Below are positions 1 through 5,979 of a stretch of 11,317 nt of DNA, piece after piece (within the stretch, counting starts at the first letter, position 1; each line of letters opens with the position of its first letter). Position numbers and translations under genes: made by a program. Source of the stretch: Candidatus Bathyarchaeia archaeon. Its GTDB lineage: Archaea; Thermoproteota; Bathyarchaeia; Bathyarchaeales; Bathycorpusculaceae. The stretch lies in contig JBMFOB010000029.1 of assembly GCA_049969855.1 (NCBI GenBank), forward strand, positions 1 to 11,317, written 5' to 3'. The notes below the pieces were generated by a model that was not told the origin of the DNA, did not search any database, and was given only the letters and a program-made list of their open reading frames with translations.

Positions 1-1
1 G

Positions 2-223
2 TGTGCGATTCAGAATATTTTGTTGGCTGCAACAGCAGAAGGTTTAGGAAGCTGCATATACACATTCTACAACATAGAAGAAGAGCGACAGATAAAACAA
101 ATCTTGGAAGTGCCAGAAAATTACCGAATTGCAACTATAATTCAGTTAGGATATTCAGTAACGGAACCACCAAAACCATCAAGAAAAGCGCTCAAAGAAA
201 TAGTATCATACCAACACTTCTAA
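2..223 (+). CDS. Nitroreductase-family (FMN-dependent) protein, C-terminal part; 5' end lies outside the window
   Basis: The frame is open from base 2 and reads CAIQNILLAATAEGLGSC...ILEVPENYRIATIIQLGY...RKALKEIV. This matches the nitroreductase xQNxxLAAxxxGLGSC motif and the typical GY...RK C-terminus. Stop TAA at 221-223. Confidence 0.9.
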   Translation, partial: CAIQNILLAATAEGLGSCIYTFYNIEEERQIKQILEVPENYRIATIIQLGYSVTEPPKPSRKALKEIVSYQHF

Positions 224-234
224 CATACTGTAAC

Positions 235-247
235 TTTTTATAAAAAA
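235..247. terminator. Possible bidirectional T-tract terminator (TTTTTATAAAAAA)
   Basis: T5 on + lies 11 nt after the nitroreductase stop, and T6 on - lies downstream of the convergent trio. Archaeal termination at oligo-T tracts is established; use of this site is inferred. Confidence 0.35.
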
Positions 248-298
248 CCATTGCATAATAATAAGAAAAGCTTAACAACCACTTATGTGACAACCCAC

Positions 299-344
299 AA
301 AAACCTAGAGAGGAGCTATCAATTTAACAGTTGAAACTTCCCTA
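299..344 (-). terminator. Imperfect hairpin followed by a T-tract, downstream of the winged-helix trio
   Basis: The minus strand reads TAGGGA-AGTT-TCAA-ctgttaaa-TTGA-t-AGCT-cc-TCTCTA followed by GGTTTTTG. Pairing was done by eye and includes G-U pairs and bulges. Confidence 0.3.
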
Positions 345-374
345 AAATAAACATTCACAAACCCAAAAAGTAGG

Positions 375-887
375 TTATCCACCTATTTTCGCTCTTATCC
401 GTGGAACAATTTCTTTCCGTATCTGTGTTATGCCAAATGTTGTAACCTTGTATTTGTCTTCGGCAATTTTTGCAACCATGTTGCTTTTGACAAGTTCGCC
501 TAATCGTGTGCTGGTAATTTTTCCACTCTTGCCCAACTTTGCTTGTAACTCTTCTTTAGAAACTGCTTCACTTCCAACCAAGCCCAACTGAAAACCAATA
601 TAATTGGCTAAAAGCCACAACAATAGAGTTTCATTATCCGTAAGCTTATCCTTAGAAACAAGCAAATTAGCACCTTCCTTAGAAAAGGCAATCAAACCCT
701 CACATTCTTTGACAAGCCCCTGCAAATCCACGCTAAGCACAAGCCTCTTTGCAATATCAAAGGAAGGAAGAAACTCGCCGAAAAACTTGTTTAAGCCAAG
801 CCAAACCTCTTCTGGGGCGCCACTAAATGTTTTTTCAACATCCCCAAACTTAACTTGAACCGTAATCTTATCCATTTCACCACTCAA
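375..887 (-). CDS. Hypothetical protein with a predicted C-terminal winged helix-turn-helix (trio member 3)
   Basis: 170-aa ORF. The TTG start overlaps the upstream stop (TTGA) and has GGAG 9 nt upstream; an alternative ATG is at 875. The C-terminus SKEELQAKLGKSGKITSTRLGELVKSNMVAKIAEDKYKVTTFG has a wHTH pattern (HTH, then a beta wing ending Y-x-V-T-x-x-G). Confidence 0.8.
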   Translation of the reverse strand: MSGEMDKITVQVKFGDVEKTFSGAPEEVWLGLNKFFGEFLPSFDIAKRLVLSVDLQGLVKECEGLIAFSKEGANLLVSKDKLTDNETLLLWLLANYIGFQLGLVGSEAVSKEELQAKLGKSGKITSTRLGELVKSNMVAKIAEDKYKVTTFGITQIRKEIVPRIRAKIGG

Positions 888-1354
888 GCCATCTTACTCC
901 TAAGCCTACTCAAAACCTCATCTTCAACCCATCTTTCGCCCTGAATAGTCAACTTAAACTCTGGCTTAGCCGGGTCTGGCTTAAACACTTGACCGCGCTT
1001 AGTCATCTCATTCAAGCGTGCGGGAACCATACATTTTATTCCGCTGGACTCCAGAAGCTTCTGTATCTGCGAAGCCGTATTCTTACGTTCATCAGAGGCG
1101 TATAAAACCAAACCTATGGCTTCATAATGCGTAAGATTCTCACGGGTTACCACAACAGGACCTTCAGTGGTGAATTCCACTATACCCTTAAGCTGAGCTG
1201 TTGAAGGAACAAGCCTGCTTGAAACAGCATTTGAAATCTTCTCCATGAAATTCTCTGGAAAATTCTCCAACATGCTGAGGATTTCCTGCGGATTTTCGCC
1301 CTCAACTATAATTTCGCCGAAAGGAGTTTTAATGCGGGCTTTAACCTTCTTCAT
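884..1354 (-). CDS. Hypothetical protein with a predicted C-terminal winged helix (trio member 2); paralog of 375..887
   Basis: ATG at 1354 has GAGGAG 9 nt upstream; the alternative TTG at 1375 overlaps the upstream stop. The C-terminus TASQIQKLL...VPARLNEMTKRGQVFKPDPAKPEFKLTIQGERWV is a wHTH pattern. Confidence 0.8.
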   Translation of the reverse strand: MKKVKARIKTPFGEIIVEGENPQEILSMLENFPENFMEKISNAVSSRLVPSTAQLKGIVEFTTEGPVVVTRENLTHYEAIGLVLYASDERKNTASQIQKLLESSGIKCMVPARLNEMTKRGQVFKPDPAKPEFKLTIQGERWVEDEVLSRLRSKMA

Positions 1355-1371
1355 TCCACGTTTCTCCTCTT

Positions 1372-1863
1372 TCAAGTTATGGCTTCCTTTTCTGCGAGGA
1401 TATAAACGTAACCAGCATCAGTCTTCCAATGCCTAACCAAACCCTTCTTAACAAGCCCCATCAAAACCCTCGCTACGCTGCTTCCAGGATAAGAAAGCCC
1501 ATTAGCCTTTAACGCTTCTTTCAACTCCTCAACCGTTCGCGGACGCCACTTCCCCCAATCTGTTTCAAGAATCCGCAAAATAGCCTCATCACACTTTTCA
1601 GTTTGCTGAATTTTCGGATACTTCTGCATTAACGCTTCTTCCTTTACACCTTCAGCCGCCGCCTTCACCGTCAGCGTCGCCACAGTCTTAGGCTTCAAAC
1701 CCTCAAAAGCCCTATGCAAGTTAGCAGCCAAACCAGGCAAATCCTCAATAGTCTTTAAAACTTCGTCTCGGGTTCCGCAAATTTCAACCTCATACTCGCC
1801 GGTTCTCAAACGGAAAACAAAATTTCTGGGCATATCTCCAACCCTTTTATCCTTCACTTTCAT
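1372..1863 (-). CDS. Hypothetical protein with a predicted C-terminal winged helix (trio member 1)
   Basis: 163-aa ORF with an alternative ATG at 1833. The C-terminus EAILRIL...RPRTVEELKEAL...SSVARVLMGLVKKGLVRHWKTDAGYVY fits a wHTH (LxxLVKKGLV followed by a wing). Confidence 0.8.
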   Translation of the reverse strand: MKVKDKRVGDMPRNFVFRLRTGEYEVEICGTRDEVLKTIEDLPGLAANLHRAFEGLKPKTVATLTVKAAAEGVKEEALMQKYPKIQQTEKCDEAILRILETDWGKWRPRTVEELKEALKANGLSYPGSSVARVLMGLVKKGLVRHWKTDAGYVYILAEKEAIT

Positions 1864-1995
1864 CCCCTACTATAGAAAGTGTCCTGTGCTTTTAGAATTT
1901 ACGGGTTTTGATATATTTCGGAAAAGGAAATATAATATTAAATATTAAGATACACTATTAGTTTATGCGTAACAAACATAACCAGAGGAATCCCC
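1864..1995. promoter_or_regulatory. Divergent promoter region
   Basis: 132-bp AT-rich spacer between head-to-head genes. It has a minus-strand TATA-like AAATTCTAAAAG (1889-1900) about 30 nt before ATG 1863, plus-strand AT-rich boxes at 1931-1950, and an SD-like GAGGA at 1985-1989 before TTG 1996. Confidence 0.5.
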
Positions 1996-2622
1996 TTGTC
2001 TAAAAAGGGAATAACCGTATGGCTTTTCAGTTCCCTAACCTTCATAGCCCTCATACACTTAATCGAAGCAGTCTCAGTTCTAATCTTCAACAATGAAATC
2101 CGCCTTCTTCAAATATATCCATTCATAGGCGAAAAACTGCAAACCATAACCCCACTAACATATTTTATAGCAAGCGCTACAGCAACCCTTGTCTTTTGGG
2201 GGATAACATGTGCAGCCGCCTTCACAAACCCAGTGGAAACATTCCTAAACAAAATCCTCTCGGATGCCAAAAAACAAAGTTCCGTAGAAACTCAAATGTT
2301 AGAAGACAAAAGCGAAATTCTCGATGTCATGAACGAAACAATTGAGTCAAACAATGAAATCCTCGCTCAAGTTAGAGACATGATATACAATGTAAGAACT
2401 GAGGTTAAAGAGATCCAACCATTAAAAGAGGGAATAGAAAAAATGAAAACAGAAATAAGCGTTTTAAGGAAGGAAGTTAAAAGGCTGGAAGAAAAAGTTC
2501 ACTTTTCGAACCTTTGCCCTGCATGTGGAAAACCATTACTACCAGAGTTCAAAATCTGTCCATATTGTGGCGAAAACATAAAACTTCTGCCAGAAAAGGT
2601 TGTTGCAATTAAAGAATACTGA
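1996..2622 (+). CDS. Membrane protein with two N-terminal TM segments, a coiled coil and a C-terminal C4 zinc ribbon
   Basis: Hydrophobic stretches ITVWLFSSLTFIALIHLIEAVSVLIF and LTYFIASATATLVFWGITCAAAF; a heptad-like E/K-rich region (IEKMKTEISVLRKEVKRLEEKV); CPAC-x10-CPYC. TTG start with a GAGGA SD. Confidence 0.85.
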   Translation: MSKKGITVWLFSSLTFIALIHLIEAVSVLIFNNEIRLLQIYPFIGEKLQTITPLTYFIASATATLVFWGITCAAAFTNPVETFLNKILSDAKKQSSVETQMLEDKSEILDVMNETIESNNEILAQVRDMIYNVRTEVKEIQPLKEGIEKMKTEISVLRKEVKRLEEKVHFSNLCPACGKPLLPEFKICPYCGENIKLLPEKVVAIKEY

Positions 2623-2725
2623 TGAACACGTTGCGCTCTTCTTTGGTGGAAAGGTACAGAAAATTTTCAAAAAAGAAAAATGAATTAAAAATTCTGTTTA
2701 TTTGAAAATCGAGCAATTTAATAGG

Positions 2726-2740
2726 GCAAAATTTTAAATA
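2726..2740 (+). promoter_or_regulatory. Archaeal BRE/TATA promoter of the ABC transporter operon
   Basis: GCAAAA (BRE-like, 2726-2731) is followed by TTTAAATA (2733-2740). This predicts a TSS near 2762-2766, upstream of the AGGTGA SD at 2780-2785. Confidence 0.65.
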
Positions 2741-2764
2741 GGTTAAGCTAAGAAAATGTAATGT

Positions 2765-2780
2765 TGTGTTTATAAACACA
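2765..2780. promoter_or_regulatory. Perfect 16-bp palindrome TGTGTTTATAAACACA, candidate operator
   Basis: The sequence equals its own reverse complement over 16 bp and lies between the predicted TSS and the SD. The operator role is inferred from its position. Confidence 0.55.
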
Positions 2781-2793
2781 GGTGAAAAATAAA

Positions 2794-4632
2794 ATGGAAA
2801 GAATTGAAATTGCAATAGTTGTTTTAGTGTTGATAGGCATTATAGTTTCAAGCAGCACCATGTACTACACAACTACTGTAATAAACAATGTATCTACATT
2901 GTCTGGAGATATGTCTAAATTGACAGAGAACGTGTTAAACCTTACATCTAATGTGAGAGACCTGGCAACTATAACTGGAACCCTAGCCGAAGCCATGGGC
3001 GAATTCACCCAAACACTAGCCGACTTGGAGACGAGACTGGCGGCAATAGAAGCAACTCTGGCAGCAAAAGCAAAAGAGACGCTAATCGTTGGAACAACGG
3101 ATTCTGTTGAGAACACACTTGATCCTGCTCAAGCGTACGATTATTTCGGATGGTGTATACTGCAACAAATAAGCGGCACACTAGTCAGCGTTAAGCCCAA
3201 TTCAACGACTGGATCTGATTTTCTCCCAGAGTTGGCTGAAAGCTGGAATTTCAGTGATGATCTGATGGTTTGGGACTTTAACTTGAGGCAAAACGTAAAG
3301 TTTCCGGATGGAACGATATTTAATGCTACGCATGTTAAGTATACTTTTGACAGAGCCATAGCGCTCATACCTAGCATTCCAGAAGGAGCGCCAGCTGGTT
3401 TAGGCTACGACGCTATTTTTAATCGAACAGAAGTTCTTGACACATACAAAGTGAGGTTTTATCTGAACTTCCCATTCAGTCCGCTGTTAGGAATTCTAGC
3501 TTGCAGAGCCTCAGCCATTGTAGATCCATCCTATGCTCCGTTGGAACAAATAAACTATACCGCTGGGGATGCGCGTGCAAGCACGCCAGTAGCCTTTGTT
3601 GGTCCATATTACCTGTCAAAGTGGGAGCGTGTTGGTGACAGGGACATTGAGATAAGATTAGACAAGAATCCATACTACTGGAATGCAACAAGCGGTTATC
3701 CGAAGACAAAGACTATAATATTTAGGTTTTACAGGGACGCATCGACACTTAGGTTAGCAATAGAAGCAGGCGACGTAGACATGGCGTTTAGGCACATATC
3801 ACCTACAGATGTTCTTGACCTTGAAAACAATCCAAACCTTAAGGTTTGGTGGGGCACCGGCGCATTCATTCAATACATGTGCTTCCAAGAAGCGCATCCA
3901 CCATTCAACGATAGTAGAGTGAGAAGGGCCATTGCTGCAGCATTAAACAGGTCAGCTGTTTGCGAGACCGTCTTCCTAGGTCTATCGAAGCCCTTGTATA
4001 GCATAATACCTCCTGGCATGTTGGGACATACTGAGGCGTTTAAGGAGCTTGGAGACGCAAACTATTCGCTCACAAGAAGCCTCCTTGCTGAACTGGGCTA
4101 CAATGAGACTAATAAGCTAACATTTGATTTGTGGTATGAATCTTCAGGGCATTATCCAATGAGTGCCGAACAAGCTCTTCTTTACAAAGAAGCCTTAGAA
4201 GCCAGCGGTGTCATGTCGGTGACGCTGAAATCTGCAGACTGGTCCAGCTACAGACAAAACAGAAACCAAGAGATAATGGATGTCTACGTGTACGGTTGGT
4301 ATCCTGATTACGTTGATCCAGACGATTATTCGTTCCTATACTGGGCTGCATGGCTTCACACAAACTACTATAACGAAACCATCAACGGTGTACCCAATCC
4401 CTCTTACAGTGCTTATTTGCAGCAAGCCGCCCTATACGATCAAGCCCGTGCAACAACCAACCTAACGCTTAGAGAAGAGCTTTATGCACAAATAGATTCA
4501 ATTGCCGTAGAACAATGCTCAATTGTTCCACTTTATGTGAGCAGCGCTTGGGCTGTGACAAAACCAACGATCGAGGGAATCTACTTAGACATAACGCAAG
4601 ACATGCGTTACTGGCTAATATACTTCAAGTAG
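2794..4632 (+). CDS. dppA: ABC transporter substrate-binding protein, family 5 (DppA/OppA/NikA-like), with N-terminal membrane anchor
   Basis: Motifs LIVGTTDSVENTLDPAQAYD, PELAESW...FNLRQNVKFPDGTIFNATHVKYTFDR, PFNDSRVRRAIAAALNR and GWYPDYVDPDDY. ATG 2794 is preferred over GTG 2782 because AGGTGA lies 8 nt upstream. The symbol is a family-level label; the substrate is unknown. Confidence 0.92.
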   Translation: MERIEIAIVVLVLIGIIVSSSTMYYTTTVINNVSTLSGDMSKLTENVLNLTSNVRDLATITGTLAEAMGEFTQTLADLETRLAAIEATLAAKAKETLIVGTTDSVENTLDPAQAYDYFGWCILQQISGTLVSVKPNSTTGSDFLPELAESWNFSDDLMVWDFNLRQNVKFPDGTIFNATHVKYTFDRAIALIPSIPEGAPAGLGYDAIFNRTEVLDTYKVRFYLNFPFSPLLGILACRASAIVDPSYAPLEQINYTAGDARASTPVAFVGPYYLSKWERVGDRDIEIRLDKNPYYWNATSGYPKTKTIIFRFYRDASTLRLAIEAGDVDMAFRHISPTDVLDLENNPNLKVWWGTGAFIQYMCFQEAHPPFNDSRVRRAIAAALNRSAVCETVFLGLSKPLYSIIPPGMLGHTEAFKELGDANYSLTRSLLAELGYNETNKLTFDLWYESSGHYPMSAEQALLYKEALEASGVMSVTLKSADWSSYRQNRNQEIMDVYVYGWYPDYVDPDDYSFLYWAAWLHTNYYNETINGVPNPSYSAYLQQAALYDQARATTNLTLREELYAQIDSIAVEQCSIVPLYVSSAWAVTKPTIEGIYLDITQDMRYWLIYFK

Positions 4633-4633
4633 C

Positions 4634-4666
4634 AATAAGCTTATTTCCGCCCCTCCTATTTTTCTT
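4634..4666 (+). terminator. Post-SBP element: 12-bp palindrome plus pyrimidine/T tract, possible partial terminator or mRNA end
   Basis: AATAAGCTTATT (4634-4645, self-complementary) is followed by TCCGCCCCTCCTATTTTTCTT directly after the SBP stop. Confidence 0.4.
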
Positions 4667-4705
4667 ATAAAATTGGAGCCATAACTAAGATTAGGGTGTA
4701 AGTTT

Positions 4706-5968
4706 ATGGGTTTACGTACATACGTCCTCACTAGAATATTGTTAACGATACCTACACTACTATTGCTTCTCTCATTGGTTTTCTTAGTCATGCGAGTTCT
4801 GCCCGGCGATCCGGCAGATCTTCATTTTGAAAAGAAAGCCACACCAGAACAATTAGCTGAAATGAGACAAAAATTGGGAATGGATAAGCCGTTATGGCAG
4901 CAATACATCGATTACCTCTGGGGAATAGTCGACATTGGATATTTAATGGAGCATGGGTATCCTAACTTAGGCAAGTCTATGCAAAATTATGAGGAAGTTG
5001 GAGGACAGATTTTTTCAGCTTTCCCAGCGACACTTGAACTGGCTATTTACTCAATGATAATAGCGTCTATTATTGGAGTGCTTCTCGGAGTAGTTTCATC
5101 CAAATCGTACAATTCTGTACTGGATCATTTACTAAGAGGTTTCGGAACAGTTACGTATGCAATTCCAGTTTTCTTTCTAGGGATAGTTCTTCAGTTGATT
5201 TTTGCAGTTTATCTTCATTGGCTTCCAACAGGTCTTCGACTTCATCCCGAAGTTTCTCCTCCCGTAGGTTTAATCATACCTTTGAACCCGTCTTCAACAG
5301 ATTTCTTTCACAATTTCTTATTATCATCCATTGCTGGAGTAGTCTGCGCCGCCTCATGCATTGCATTAATGAAAATGAAGCGTGTAAAATTCAAGTTTAA
5401 AGGAATTATCATTTCTATTGCAGTGTTCTTTGTTTGCTGGATTGCCTACGCATATTTGTCATGGTATTTTATATGTTTGGGACGATTTCAAATAACCACG
5501 GGCTTATATACGATTGACAGCCTTCTGGAAGGAAACCTCTACAAGTTTTTCGAATCTTGTAAGGCTCTTCTGCTGCCTTCTCTCACTCTTGGAATTATTC
5601 TCTCCGGCGTATTTTTAAGATTAACAAGAACTAACATGCTTGAAACTTTAAGACTTGATTTTGTAACTGCTGCTAGGGCAAGAGGTTTAAGTGAAACCAC
5701 AGTGACTTATGGTTACGCCTTGAGGAACGCTTTTCTGCCAATACTCACAATGATGGGGTTGCAGTTCGCCATGCTCCTAGGCGGAGCGATCCTTACCGAA
5801 ACCACTTTTTCATGGCCTGGGCTTGGAACGTACATAGTTTCCAGAATCAATTATAGGGATTATACAGCCATCCAAGGCGCAGTAGTAATGTTCGGCTTGT
5901 TTGTTGCAATAGTAAGCCTGGTTGTGGACATTTTGTACGCATACCTTGACCCAAGAATAAGACTGTAG
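4706..5968 (+). CDS. dppB: Peptide/nickel ABC transporter permease, DppB/OppB type, with an internal insertion
   Basis: N-terminal YVLTRILLTIPTL...LPGDPA...LGMDKPLWQQY, FPATLELA, EAA loop DFVTAARARGL, ETTFSWPGLG and C-terminal YAYLDPRIR. GGGTG SD at 4694-4698. Confidence 0.95.
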   Translation: MGLRTYVLTRILLTIPTLLLLLSLVFLVMRVLPGDPADLHFEKKATPEQLAEMRQKLGMDKPLWQQYIDYLWGIVDIGYLMEHGYPNLGKSMQNYEEVGGQIFSAFPATLELAIYSMIIASIIGVLLGVVSSKSYNSVLDHLLRGFGTVTYAIPVFFLGIVLQLIFAVYLHWLPTGLRLHPEVSPPVGLIIPLNPSSTDFFHNFLLSSIAGVVCAASCIALMKMKRVKFKFKGIIISIAVFFVCWIAYAYLSWYFICLGRFQITTGLYTIDSLLEGNLYKFFESCKALLLPSLTLGIILSGVFLRLTRTNMLETLRLDFVTAARARGLSETTVTYGYALRNAFLPILTMMGLQFAMLLGGAILTETTFSWPGLGTYIVSRINYRDYTAIQGAVVMFGLFVAIVSLVVDILYAYLDPRIRL

Positions 5969-5979
5969 GAGAAATAGAA

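Noticed and set aside
1-243. 80-aa ORF in frame +1
   Set aside because: It overlaps the frame +2 ORF, which carries the recognisable nitroreductase motif.
306-344. Hairpin as an archaeal SECIS element
   Set aside because: No in-frame TGA in the flanking genes as far as visible, and the GAA/A bulge with GC-rich apical pairs is not present.
375-1863. Interpretation of the trio as ESCRT-II-like (Vps22/25/36) or as a toxin-antitoxin module
   Set aside because: ESCRT-II subunits have tandem winged helices, whereas each protein here seems to have one, and no ESCRT-III or Vps4 gene is in the window. No PIN, RelE, HEPN or nucleotidyltransferase toxin motifs are visible. A profile search is needed to exclude these formally.
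2769-2776. TTTATAAA as the TATA box of the ABC operon
   Set aside because: It ends only ~17 nt before ATG 2794, too close for normal spacing, and lacks a purine-rich BRE. The 2726-2740 element fits better.
2609-2815. 68-aa Phe-rich minus-strand ORF across the intergenic region
   Set aside because: It is the translation of A-rich promoter DNA and overlaps both flanking genes and the BRE/TATA/palindrome; no coding signal.
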